Assembly: GCA_001818495.1 (NCBI GenBank)
Contig: MHKS01000004.1
Coordinates: 84,657-148,656 of the forward strand
Length of the DNA: 64,000 nt
Direction of reading: 5' to 3'
DNA from: Candidatus Komeilibacteria bacterium RIFOXYD1_FULL_37_29
Lineage (GTDB): Bacteria > Patescibacteriota > Patescibacteriia > UBA1558 > GWA2-36-10
Shown: positions 10,367 to 19,665 of the stretch, one piece after another
How the letters are laid out: each line of letters opens with the position of its first letter
How positions within the stretch are numbered: position 1 is the stretch's first letter
Notes under the pieces: generated by a model
Told to the model about the DNA's origin: nothing
Seen by the model: the letters and a program-made list of their open reading frames with translations, nothing else
Database searches by the model: none
Translations under genes and position numbers: made by a program

Positions 10367-10849
10367 ATGCCAGAAAGATTTATTGTTCCACAATTTATCG
10401 ATACAGAAGACAAGATTTGGGGGCCGATTACAGTCCGACAATTTGTGATTATTCTAGCGGGCTTGCTTTTTGGGTTTATTGCCTACAAACTTTCTGATTT
10501 TTCTTTATTTATTTTTTGGGTAATTTTTATTGCATTTTTTGTGGGCGTTTTTGCTTTTTATAAAGTCAATGGAGCACCTTTTCATACTTTTGCTCTAAAT
10601 TTTATTGACAGTACTTTTAAAAAGCCGGCGCTGAGAGTTTGGCATAAAGAATACATTAAAGTACAGGAATTTAAATCCAAGAAAGAAAACCAAAACCCAC
10701 AAGTTTCCATAGCTCATAAACAAATGGTTTCTAGTCGGAAATTATCAGAATTATCTTTGATTATTGATACCGGTGGAGTTTACAAAGGAGAAAAACAAGC
10801 CAATGAAGAGCACTGGGTTGGTTTTTCAAATAAAAAAATTAATGATTAG
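10367..10849 (+). CDS. PrgI/VirB3-like small two-TM T4SS protein
   Basis: The N-terminus FIVPQFIDTEDKIWGPITVRQFVIIL is followed by two adjacent TM helices, a PrgI-family pattern. It sits immediately upstream of VirB4. Confidence 0.45.
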   Translation: MPERFIVPQFIDTEDKIWGPITVRQFVIILAGLLFGFIAYKLSDFSLFIFWVIFIAFFVGVFAFYKVNGAPFHTFALNFIDSTFKKPALRVWHKEYIKVQEFKSKKENQNPQVSIAHKQMVSSRKLSELSLIIDTGGVYKGEKQANEEHWVGFSNKKIND

Positions 10850-10851
10850 TC

Positions 10852-11532
10852 ATGAAAAATAAAAAATTAGCTGGTAATAAAGTGGCCACCTCTACTCAGA
10901 AATATTTGGATATTGCCGAAATCCGTGATAATTTGGTGGTTTTAAATGATGGTGCCGTCCGCGGTGTTTTATTGGTTTCTTCTATAAATTTTGATTTAAA
11001 ATCAGAGGACGAGCAGCGAGCTATTATCAGCAATTATGTTGGTTTCTTAAATACTTTAGACTATCCATTGCAAGTGATTATACAATCTCGACCTTTAAAT
11101 ATTGATGAGTATTTAGACAGATTGAAGAGAAAAGAAAGAGAGCAGACCAATGAATTATTGCGTATGCAAACGGCTGATTATCGCGGTTTTGTCCAAGAGC
11201 TTCTAACTCTAGAAAGTATTATGAGTAAAAAGTTTTATATAGTAGTTCCCTATAGTCAGGTCAGTGATAAACGTCGGGGATTTATTAGTCGTTTTGCTTC
11301 AGTTTTTTCTTCGGCCAAAGTTGTCACTTTAAGTCGTAAGCGTTTCGAAGAGTTTAGTGAACAGCTAGATAAACGTTGTAATTTTATTGGTAGTGGTTTA
11401 TCTGGGCTAGGACTAAGAAGCCAGCGTTTGAGTACACAGGCTTTAATTGAACTTTATTATAATAGTTATAATCCTGATATATTTCAAAAACAACCAATGG
11501 AGGATATAAATAAATTAACCGTTGAAACATAA
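10852..11532 (+). CDS. virB4: VirB4-like protein, N-terminal domain encoded as a separate ORF
   Basis: YLDIAEIRDNLVVLNDGAVRGVLLVSSINFDLKSEDEQ...QVIIQS resembles the N-terminal region of monoderm VirB4/TcpF/PrgJ proteins. The stop TAA overlaps the next ATG (TAATG). Confidence 0.5.
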   Translation: MKNKKLAGNKVATSTQKYLDIAEIRDNLVVLNDGAVRGVLLVSSINFDLKSEDEQRAIISNYVGFLNTLDYPLQVIIQSRPLNIDEYLDRLKRKEREQTNELLRMQTADYRGFVQELLTLESIMSKKFYIVVPYSQVSDKRRGFISRFASVFSSAKVVTLSRKRFEEFSEQLDKRCNFIGSGLSGLGLRSQRLSTQALIELYYNSYNPDIFQKQPMEDINKLTVET

Positions 11533-13454
11533 TGTTTGGTTTTAATAAAATAAAACAAGCCGAGCAAAAGACCAAAGGAGATAAGGATTTGGAAAAATTT
11601 GCTAGTGCTGAGCGGCGGGTTTTGTCTCAAACAGAGGTGATCGCTAGAGAAAAACAGCTGATCGAAGCAGAAAAAGTTTTTAGAGAAGGTATTGTTTCGG
11701 TTAGAGATATTGTAGCTCCTTCCGCTCTGAAAATTGATCCGAGGTTTTTACAGCTCAATGATTTTTATGTCCGGACTTTGTTTGTGATGACTTATCCGCG
11801 TTATGTTACTATTGGTTGGTTTGCACCGATTATCAATGAAAGTTTGACTCTGGATATCTCCATGTTTTTTTATCCTTTGGATATAAAATTGGTTTTAAAA
11901 CAGTTGAAAAATAAAGTTGGTACTATGCAGGCGCAGATTATTGCTGATCACGAAAAAGGTGCACCACGTGATCCGATTTCCGAAACAGCCCTTCAGGATA
12001 TCGAGGCGCTTCGGGACGGCTTGAGTCAGGGTACCGAAAAGTTTTTTCAATTTGCTCTCTATATTACTATTTATGCCAAAACTTTGGATGAACTAGATCT
12101 AGCCAGTGATCGTATTGAAAATTTATTGGGTATACAGCTTATTTATTCTCGTCGAGCTTTATTTCAGGCCGAACAGGGTTTTAATTCTACTCTGCCTTTG
12201 GGTAATGATGAGCTGAGTATTTCTACCAACATGAACAGCTCGCCAATCGCTTCGTCATTTCCTTTTGTCTCTTCCGAGCTGACTTCCGATGACGGAATTT
12301 TGTATGGTATCAATCGGCACAACAATAGTTTGATATTATTTGATCGTTTTTCTTTACAAAATGCCAACATGGTAGTGTTTGCTACTTCTGGTGCTGGTAA
12401 AAGCTATGCTATTAAATTGGAAGTGCTGAGGTCTATGATGTTGGGTACGGATGTTATTATTATTGACCCAGAAAATGAATACCAGCATCTGTCTGAGGCG
12501 GTTGGTGGTGCTTATATCAATGTATCTTTAAATTCTGAGAGCAAACTTAATCCTTTTGATCTGCCCAAGGGTTTTGGTGGCGATAGTAAGCCGGAAGATA
12601 TTATCAGAAGCGCTATTATTACTCTCAAAGGTTTGATCCGACTGATGATTGGTGATATTACCAACGGGGAAGATTCGCTGTTGGATCGGGCTATTTTAGA
12701 AACTTATGCTAAAAAAGATATTACGCCAGCTAGTGATTTGAATAATATTGAACCGCCGATTATGTCTGATTTGGAAGAGGTTTTGATCAGTATGGAAGGT
12801 GGGGAAGATATGGCCTTAAGAATTAAAAAATATACCGAAGGTACTTTTTCGGGGTTATTTAATAGTCCAACCAATATTAAAGTGGATAATCAATTGGTGG
12901 TATTTTGTATTCGGGACCTGGAAGATGAGCTTCGTCCGATTGCCATGTACATGATTATGACACATATCTGGAATATTATCAGAAGCGAATTGAAGCGCCG
13001 AATACTGGTAGTCGATGAGGCCTGGATTATGATGCGCCATGAAGATAGTGCCAAATTTATGTATGCTTTGGTGAAGCGTTGTCGTAAATATTATCTAGGA
13101 GTTACTACTATTACCCAAGATGTTAATGACTTTTTAACTTCTACTTATGGCAATGCTATTGTGACCAACTGCGCTTTACAACTTCTCTTAAAGCAGACTC
13201 CAGCCGCAGTCAATCTAGTTCAGAAGACATTTATGTTGACGGAAGGAGAAAAGTATCTACTGCTAGAAGCTGGATTAGGAGAGGGTATATTTTTTGCCGG
13301 AGCCAAACATGCGGCTATCAAGGTGCAAGCTTCTTATGCCGAGCATCAGATTATTACCTCAGACCCTCGTCAGTTGATAGAAATAGAAGAGGCCAAAAAA
13401 GAATTTGAAGAACAAATGATGGCCGAAGCAGAAAAAAATCCTAATCAAGTTTAG
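11532..13454 (+). CDS. virB4: VirB4/TraC/CagE-family T4SS ATPase (C-terminal two-thirds)
   Basis: Walker A VVFATSGAGKSY and Walker B ILVVDEAWIMM (the DEAW box typical of VirB4). The central domain shows the FYVRTLFVMTYPRYV pattern. Confidence 0.8.
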   Translation: MFGFNKIKQAEQKTKGDKDLEKFASAERRVLSQTEVIAREKQLIEAEKVFREGIVSVRDIVAPSALKIDPRFLQLNDFYVRTLFVMTYPRYVTIGWFAPIINESLTLDISMFFYPLDIKLVLKQLKNKVGTMQAQIIADHEKGAPRDPISETALQDIEALRDGLSQGTEKFFQFALYITIYAKTLDELDLASDRIENLLGIQLIYSRRALFQAEQGFNSTLPLGNDELSISTNMNSSPIASSFPFVSSELTSDDGILYGINRHNNSLILFDRFSLQNANMVVFATSGAGKSYAIKLEVLRSMMLGTDVIIIDPENEYQHLSEAVGGAYINVSLNSESKLNPFDLPKGFGGDSKPEDIIRSAIITLKGLIRLMIGDITNGEDSLLDRAILETYAKKDITPASDLNNIEPPIMSDLEEVLISMEGGEDMALRIKKYTEGTFSGLFNSPTNIKVDNQLVVFCIRDLEDELRPIAMYMIMTHIWNIIRSELKRRILVVDEAWIMMRHEDSAKFMYALVKRCRKYYLGVTTITQDVNDFLTSTYGNAIVTNCALQLLLKQTPAAVNLVQKTFMLTEGEKYLLLEAGLGEGIFFAGAKHAAIKVQASYAEHQIITSDPRQLIEIEEAKKEFEEQMMAEAEKNPNQV

Positions 13455-13492
13455 TTTTAAAGAAAAAATATTAGATAAGTTAATTTAAAAAT

Positions 13493-14047
13493 ATGGACGC
13501 TAAAAGAAAAAAAATACTTCTTATTCTAGCTGTACTCGTAGTATTGATCATACTTTTTTTAATCTGGATACTAAAAACTTCTGATCAAGGGCCGATGGGT
13601 AATGAAAACACCAATACTCCGCCGCCGGTTTTTAAAGCACCGAGTGTCAATTTGGAGTATAAAGATTCCGTAGAGGTCAAACAGACTTCTACCGAGTTTT
13701 CCGTGATTAATTTAGCCAAGACTTATGCGGCTAGATTTGGCTCTTGGTCCACCGATAATCAGGGAGCCAATCTCAACGAACTTTTGCCTCTTAGCACTGA
13801 AAAGATGAGGCAATACATTGCTAGTATTGATTTGGATTTTTCACCACAAGAGTTTCGAGGCAATACCACCAAAAGTATTAGCGCCAAAATAATCAGTTTA
13901 GACGAAAACAGTGCGGAGGTATTGGTCAATACTCAGAAAATAGAAACTAAGGCCAATTTGGAAGAGTCGGTCTACTATCAAGAAGCGACTGTCAAGATGA
14001 TTAAATCGGGTGATGTTTGGTTGGTTGATGAATTTATTTGGCAATAA
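13493..14047 (+). CDS. N-terminally membrane-anchored protein, possible VirB8-like component
   Basis: A single N-terminal TM helix then a soluble domain of about 150 aa. The size and topology are VirB8-like. The assignment is speculative. Confidence 0.3.
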   Translation: MDAKRKKILLILAVLVVLIILFLIWILKTSDQGPMGNENTNTPPPVFKAPSVNLEYKDSVEVKQTSTEFSVINLAKTYAARFGSWSTDNQGANLNELLPLSTEKMRQYIASIDLDFSPQEFRGNTTKSISAKIISLDENSAEVLVNTQKIETKANLEESVYYQEATVKMIKSGDVWLVDEFIWQ

Positions 14048-14050
14048 TTT

Positions 14051-14536
14051 TTGTTTATGGCTCTTGATTTAGCATTAAATCCGGAAGATTTAGGAGACGA
14101 CTTCGAAGACGAGGGCGAAGATTTTAATGATGAACTTTCTGAGGCTGGACAAAAAGAGGCTCAGCGTAATTTAGAAAGGATAAAAAAGCAAGTTAAAGAC
14201 AAAATCAAGAAACAGGTTCAGAAGGTAGCTAAGAAAATAGCTAGCAAAGTAACTGTTCGGGTAGTTTCTCTGGCTTGTGGAGCTACGGGTGTTGGACTTA
14301 TTGTTACTTATATTATTTGGACCGGGCAAGCCATCATTGCCAATTGGTTAGGCAAAGACAAAATTATACCAAAATTGGATTGGTGGGAGCTGGTTTTATG
14401 GGGCATTTTAACACTATTATTATTATTTCTCTTAGTAATTTTATTAGCTTTTTTAATAGTAGGTGCGGCTATTAGTAATCCAGTACTGGGGGTAACAATA
14501 CTTGGAGCTGTAGTTTGGAATTGGATCACCAGTTAG
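14051..14536 (+). CDS. Membrane protein with acidic N-terminus and two or three TM helices
   Basis: Asp/Glu-rich start, Lys-rich helix, then hydrophobic helices. No motif. Confidence 0.4.
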   Translation: MFMALDLALNPEDLGDDFEDEGEDFNDELSEAGQKEAQRNLERIKKQVKDKIKKQVQKVAKKIASKVTVRVVSLACGATGVGLIVTYIIWTGQAIIANWLGKDKIIPKLDWWELVLWGILTLLLLFLLVILLAFLIVGAAISNPVLGVTILGAVVWNWITS

Positions 14537-14553
14537 TATAAATAATATACATT

Positions 14554-15774
14554 ATGGATAAGAAAAAGATTTTTTTGGTCATCGGGTTTATTGTTCTAGT
14601 TTTGGGACTGGGCTTGGCTTTGTATTGGGTGTTTTTTAAACCAACTATTCCAATTACTCCAACAGATAATTTTAACGCTGGGAATTTGCCGGGGATTGGT
14701 AATGGCAATATACCGATTGTCAATGAAAATATCAATGCTCCTGACCAAGGATTGCCCTGGCAACAATATATTAAAGACAAAGTTTCCGATGTAGCCAGTG
14801 GCGGACTGACCAAGGTGTCAGAGGTTTCTGAAAATGAAGTCAGAGGGCTAACTAGTAGTCCCGGTGGTTTGCAATATTATGATGATAATGAACAAAAGTT
14901 TTATCGCATTACCGATAGTGGTACAGTAGAAGAATTGAGTAGCCAATTGTTTTATCAAGTAGAGGATGTGACCTGGGCTGGTAGCGGAGATAAGGCCATT
15001 TTGGAATATCCGGACGGATCAAATATTTTGTATAATTTTAAAAACGGCCAACAAGTGACCTTACCCAAAGAATTGGAAGATTTTTCTTTTGATGCTTCTG
15101 ATAGCCAAATTGCCGCCAAATGGATGGGCTCTAGTGAAGAGGATAACTGGGTGGTAGCATCCAATGATGATGGCTCGGGTATGTATCTTATCCAACCTTT
15201 GGGCGATCAAGCACATAATACTTTTGTCAGTTTTTCTCCAGATAATCAGGTAGCCGTCATGCATAGAAAATATGTGGACGCTCAAAGGCAAGAGGTTTAT
15301 CCTATTGGCTTACACGGCGAGACTTTTAAGGCTTTTACAGTGGCTGGCGCTGGTTTTGAATATGATTGGTCACCAGAGGGCAATAGTCTGGTTTATAGCG
15401 TTTATAATGAAACTAGTAATTACAATCCCAATCTTTGGGTGACCAATGGCAGTAGCAGTGAGTTGGGTGATATCAAAGTATCCTTAAATATTTCTACCTG
15501 GCCAGATAAATGCGCTTTTGTCGGTGAAGATATTATGTATTGCGCTGTACCTCAGGGATTGCCACGCGGTGCCGGACTTTATCCGGAAATAGCCGATCGT
15601 TATCCTGATAATTTCTATTATATCAACTTAAATTCCGGCTCTAAAAATTTGATTGCCAGTCCGGTTGGGGAGAGTGGTAGCTATACAGCCCATAATCTTT
15701 TTGTATCAAACGACCAATCAACCCTATATTTTACCGATCAGAACGGAAATTTACAAAGTATTAAATTAAAATAA
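14554..15774 (+). CDS. Membrane-anchored TolB-like (PD40 beta-propeller) protein
   Basis: N-terminal TM helix. PD40-like repeats are present (YPDGSNILYNF, FSPDNQVAVMH, WSPEGNSLVYSV). Confidence 0.5.
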   Translation: MDKKKIFLVIGFIVLVLGLGLALYWVFFKPTIPITPTDNFNAGNLPGIGNGNIPIVNENINAPDQGLPWQQYIKDKVSDVASGGLTKVSEVSENEVRGLTSSPGGLQYYDDNEQKFYRITDSGTVEELSSQLFYQVEDVTWAGSGDKAILEYPDGSNILYNFKNGQQVTLPKELEDFSFDASDSQIAAKWMGSSEEDNWVVASNDDGSGMYLIQPLGDQAHNTFVSFSPDNQVAVMHRKYVDAQRQEVYPIGLHGETFKAFTVAGAGFEYDWSPEGNSLVYSVYNETSNYNPNLWVTNGSSSELGDIKVSLNISTWPDKCAFVGEDIMYCAVPQGLPRGAGLYPEIADRYPDNFYYINLNSGSKNLIASPVGESGSYTAHNLFVSNDQSTLYFTDQNGNLQSIKLK

Positions 15775-15781
15775 TAATATT

Positions 15782-16549
15782 ATGAAAAATAAACGTTCAA
15801 TTATCTGGGGATCTTTACTACTATTATTTTTAATTTTTCCAGTCTTAGTTAACGCGATTGATGTAACCTATACACCAAATGTACCGATACCGATTAGGAT
15901 TGGTTCTTATGATTTTGGTGGAACAAATATAGTTGGTCCAGATTTTTTGGCTAGCTATATTGTGGCTATTTATACTTATGGAGCAGGTTTTGCCGGCATT
16001 GTAGCCATGTTTATGCTGGTGATTGCCGGTTGGCGTTGGCTTTTTGCCGCTGGTAATGCTAGTAAAATTGCCGCTGCCAAGGACACGGTCAATGGAGTCT
16101 TGGTTGGTTTGGCCTTACTTTTTGGCGGGCAATTGTTGCTTAGGCAAATTAGTGAGAATTTTAGCTCAATTCAAAGTTTGAAAGTCCAATTGCCAGAAGC
16201 AGCTCTCAATGCTATTTCTGCTAATAAGGCTAATGAGGATTTTTGTGCTAGTAGTGGCGAAGGATCTACTACAACAACTCCCAAAAGAGTTGAAGATTGT
16301 GAGGAATATAAAGATCCAACGCAATGTCTTACTGATACTTGTAATTTAATTGCCATTGGTGATTTTGATGACCGTTGTGTACCATTATTTAATAGGTCCA
16401 ATAATAGTTTTACCGGTTGTTCCGATTGTCCCAATACTTGTAGTTGCGATATATATATTAATGAGTTCTATAGAAATGCTGATCCTTGTGATTGTGATGA
16501 GGATAGCAAGTGGGTAGATGATAAATGTGAAGTTGTAGAGAATAACTAA
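15782..16549 (+). CDS. VirB2/TrbC-like T4SS pilin with cysteine-rich C-terminal domain
   Basis: A signal peptide (…VLVNA) is followed by two hydrophobic helices separated by a short charged loop (GNASKIAAAKD), the VirB2 topology. The last ~110 aa contain about 20 Cys. Confidence 0.45.
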   Translation: MKNKRSIIWGSLLLLFLIFPVLVNAIDVTYTPNVPIPIRIGSYDFGGTNIVGPDFLASYIVAIYTYGAGFAGIVAMFMLVIAGWRWLFAAGNASKIAAAKDTVNGVLVGLALLFGGQLLLRQISENFSSIQSLKVQLPEAALNAISANKANEDFCASSGEGSTTTTPKRVEDCEEYKDPTQCLTDTCNLIAIGDFDDRCVPLFNRSNNSFTGCSDCPNTCSCDIYINEFYRNADPCDCDEDSKWVDDKCEVVENN

Positions 16550-16552
16550 AGT

Positions 16553-18631
16553 TTATTCTAAATGAGTTTCGTTTTTTAGTTTGGCAATCGTAGCTTGCAG
16601 ATCGTGCCGAGCCAAATATTTTTGATCAGTCAAGATGTCCTGAGCCCATTTTTGGGCTTTTTTGATCAGAGCTGTTTCAGATAGCTTGGCTATTTTTAGT
16701 TTAATCAGGCCACTTTGTTTATGACCAAATATTTCACCGCTACCGCGTAGTTCTAGGTCCAAATCAGCCAATTTGAAGCCGTCACTAGTAGTACACAGCG
16801 CCTCTAGCCTTTTTTTACTAACCGACGAAATGTCATTGGTAAATAACAAACAAAAACTATCCAGAGCGTTTCGGCCAATCCGACCACGAAATTGATGCAA
16901 CTGACTGAGGCCAAATCTTTCGGCACTTTCTATGATCATGATGGTAGCTTGGGGGATATCTACACCCACTTCTATCACTGAAGTGGCAACTAAGATAGGG
17001 AATTGATTATTTTTAAAATCGGACATGATTTTTTCTTTGGCGTCGGATTTTAGCTTACCATGAAGCAGGCGGATTTCTAAATCAGGGAAAATATCTTTAT
17101 TTAATTTTTGATATTCAGCCGTGACAGATCTGACACCCAGCTTATCACTGTCATCTATCAATGGGCAGATGACAAAGACTTGTTCTTTATTTTGTATTTT
17201 TTCCCGAATAAAATTGTAAGCATCCAATCTTTTTTTCTCAGGCACTAAAAATGTTTTGATTTTTTTACGACCAGCTGGTTTTTCTTTGATTAGGGATATG
17301 TCCAGATCACCATAAAGCGTCAACGCTAAAGTGCGGGGGATGGGGGTAGCAGTCATAGATAATAAATGGGGCGCTTTGTGGTCTTTATTTTTTTCTTTCA
17401 GCGTTTTTCTTTGTCTGACCCCAAAGCGGTGTTGCTCATCAATAATAATCAAACCAAGTTTTTTAAAATTGATTTTATCTTGAATAAGACTATGAGTACC
17501 AACGACAAAATTGATAGAGCCGCTCGCTATTTTTTTGATTAGCTCAGTTTTATTGGTATTTGTACCGTCAGCCAATAGTTGATGGCTTTTGGTCAGTAGA
17601 GCAATTTGCGGTAAGTATTTAGCTGGTAGTATTTTTTTAATAGTAGCCAAATGTTGATTAGCTAGTATTTCGGTCGGAGCCATCAGGGCTACTTGTAAGC
17701 CGTGTGATAAGACATTCAAAGCTGATAAAATAGCTACGATTGTTTTGCCAGAGCCGACATCGCCTTCAATCAGTCGGTTCATCGGTATATCTTTGTTTAG
17801 ATCAGCCAAGACATCATAGAGAGCTTTTTGCTGGTCTAGGGTCAACTTAAAAGGCAGTGTTTTGATGTTTTGATTTAATAGATGGTTGTTTAAAGAGATT
17901 TGATAAGTGGGTTGAGACTGGTAGTTTTTTTTGGCCAATTGGTATTTGATTTGCAAATAAAATAATTCCTGAAATTTTAGTCTTTGACTAGCCGCTTCTA
18001 AAGATTTTTGGTCACTGGGGAAATGAATCTGTTTAAGAGATTCCATCAGCCAAGGATATTTTTCTTTATTAAGGATTTCCACCGGCAGAGGATCATCAAC
18101 TGGTGTTATTTCTTTTAAGGCTTTACTTATTAAAAAGCGCAGTTGTTTTTGGGTGATTTGGCCACTTAAATGATAAAGAGGCACTATCCGACCGCTGTGG
18201 ATAAGGTCAGCCTTGGCTTTTTCATAGCTGGGACTGATAAATTGCCAGCTAGATTTTTTGGCTTTTATTTTGCCACTGAGATAGACTTGATCGCCGATTT
18301 TAAGTATTTGAGAGATAAACTTTTGTCTAAACCAAATAGCTTCTACTGTACCACTGTCATCTTCAGCTATTAGCTCAGTGATGATCATCTTGGCTCGCCA
18401 AGCCCGGTAGCTTTTGATTTTGGTTATTTTGACGCAAACTGTATTTACTTCATTTTCATCAATATCTTTGACTAACTTGATATTGCTCAAATCATCATAA
18501 CGACCTGGGAAATACCAGAGCAAATCAGCCACGGTGTGGATATCCATTTTTTTTAAATCAGAAGCTAGACTGTTGGCTATGGAGTGCAGTTTTTTGATAT
18601 CCAAATTTAAATCCAGTATTGTTTTGCCCAT
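16553..18631 (-). CDS. recG: ATP-dependent DNA helicase RecG
   Basis: Wedge/OB N-terminal domain. Helicase motif I GDVGSGKT and motif II DEQHRFGV. The length of 692 aa is typical. Confidence 0.9.
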   Translation of the reverse strand: MGKTILDLNLDIKKLHSIANSLASDLKKMDIHTVADLLWYFPGRYDDLSNIKLVKDIDENEVNTVCVKITKIKSYRAWRAKMIITELIAEDDSGTVEAIWFRQKFISQILKIGDQVYLSGKIKAKKSSWQFISPSYEKAKADLIHSGRIVPLYHLSGQITQKQLRFLISKALKEITPVDDPLPVEILNKEKYPWLMESLKQIHFPSDQKSLEAASQRLKFQELFYLQIKYQLAKKNYQSQPTYQISLNNHLLNQNIKTLPFKLTLDQQKALYDVLADLNKDIPMNRLIEGDVGSGKTIVAILSALNVLSHGLQVALMAPTEILANQHLATIKKILPAKYLPQIALLTKSHQLLADGTNTNKTELIKKIASGSINFVVGTHSLIQDKINFKKLGLIIIDEQHRFGVRQRKTLKEKNKDHKAPHLLSMTATPIPRTLALTLYGDLDISLIKEKPAGRKKIKTFLVPEKKRLDAYNFIREKIQNKEQVFVICPLIDDSDKLGVRSVTAEYQKLNKDIFPDLEIRLLHGKLKSDAKEKIMSDFKNNQFPILVATSVIEVGVDIPQATIMIIESAERFGLSQLHQFRGRIGRNALDSFCLLFTNDISSVSKKRLEALCTTSDGFKLADLDLELRGSGEIFGHKQSGLIKLKIAKLSETALIKKAQKWAQDILTDQKYLARHDLQATIAKLKNETHLE

Positions 18632-18693
18632 TTAAACTGTTTTAATAAGCTGGACAAAATTGCCCAGCTTAAAGTTTTTTATTTTTTGTATGT

Positions 18694-19275
18694 TTATAAT
18701 TTTAGTATGCGAGATATACCTTCGCTAGTGGGGATTTCTTCTTTTTTTAGATCTTCGTCTAAATATTGGATGAGTATTTCTCTGATGCGAACTGGGTTTT
18801 GATTTTCTAGAGGGATAACCATTCTTTGTTTAATAAAACCCTTGGGTTGAAAATAGAGGTTTTTTATTTCCGGAGGATAGTAGATAATATAGAAATTTTG
18901 AAAATCCTCATAAGGAATAAATTTACTGCCGATAAATATGCCATCTTCGGTCAAGGCTGTTTCTACCATTTTTGGTTCATCTTTGGCCGAGCTAAAGTAT
19001 AAAACAGCAAAAATTACCAAAATAATAGCAAAAAGTAGATTGTCAGAAAAATAGGCGTAGACCAGTAGAGCCACAAAGACAATAGTAAAGGCTACATACC
19101 AGAGGGTTCCTTTTTGATGTTTGATAAATTCTGGAAATTCCCAGAAGGCTAGGACATCGCCATAATCACCAGCACCCGTATCGTCATCTCCCATATTTTC
19201 TACCATTTCGTCTGCTTGTTCAGCAGATGCTTTGGCTTTTTTTACATTTTTGGTATTTTTATTAGTTTTTACCAT
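18694..19275 (-). CDS. Hypothetical membrane protein
   Basis: Two central TM helices with a Lys-rich N-terminus. No motif. Confidence 0.45.
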   Translation of the reverse strand: MVKTNKNTKNVKKAKASAEQADEMVENMGDDDTGAGDYGDVLAFWEFPEFIKHQKGTLWYVAFTIVFVALLVYAYFSDNLLFAIILVIFAVLYFSSAKDEPKMVETALTEDGIFIGSKFIPYEDFQNFYIIYYPPEIKNLYFQPKGFIKQRMVIPLENQNPVRIREILIQYLDEDLKKEEIPTSEGISRILKL

Positions 19276-19437
19276 AGAATTTTATTAACTAGTGATTTTA
19301 TTATAACATATTCATTGGATTTCAGCCATTGCTCTAGGTATTGTCAAATAGGGCAAAATATATTATTATATAGCAGTCTTTTACGCTATAGAGCTTCAAT
19401 GGCTTAGTGTATTGTTTTATTAGGGTAAAAGTATAAT

Positions 19438-19476
19438 TTAGGAGAGTTGGCAGAGTGGTTGAATGCGGCGGTCTTG
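19438..19476 (+). repeat. Partial 5' copy (about 39 nt) of the downstream tRNA-Ser(TGA) gene including 3 nt of upstream flank
   Basis: Exact direct repeat of 19575..19613, covering the acceptor 5' strand, D-arm and 5' half of the anticodon arm. No matching 3' half follows, so it is not a functional tRNA. Confidence 0.7.
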
Positions 19477-19577
19477 TTCCCTGTTTGTCCAAGAGCGTAG
19501 CGATTGGCAACAAACAGCAATCCCGCCAAAGGCGGGAAAAACCTCCAAGGTTATTTACTAAGCAGAAATTTATTTTA

Positions 19578-19665
19578 GGAGAGTTGGCAGAGTGGTTGAA
19601 TGCGGCGGTCTTGAAAACCGTTGAGCCGAAAGGTTCCGAGGGTTCGAATCCTTCACTCTCCGCCA
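19578..19665 (+). tRNA. tRNA-Ser (anticodon TGA), long variable arm
   Basis: Cloverleaf folded by hand. Acceptor GGAGAGT/ACTCTCC, anticodon loop CTTGAAA, variable arm TGAGCCGAAAGGTTCC, T-loop TTCGAAT, CCA encoded. Confidence 0.85.

Noticed and set aside
19441-19613. Possibility that the tRNA-Ser 5' fragment plus spacer is an intron-containing or split tRNA
   Set aside because: A complete, independently folding tRNA-Ser follows the spacer, and the fragment has no matching 3' half. A duplication or integration scar is the simpler reading.
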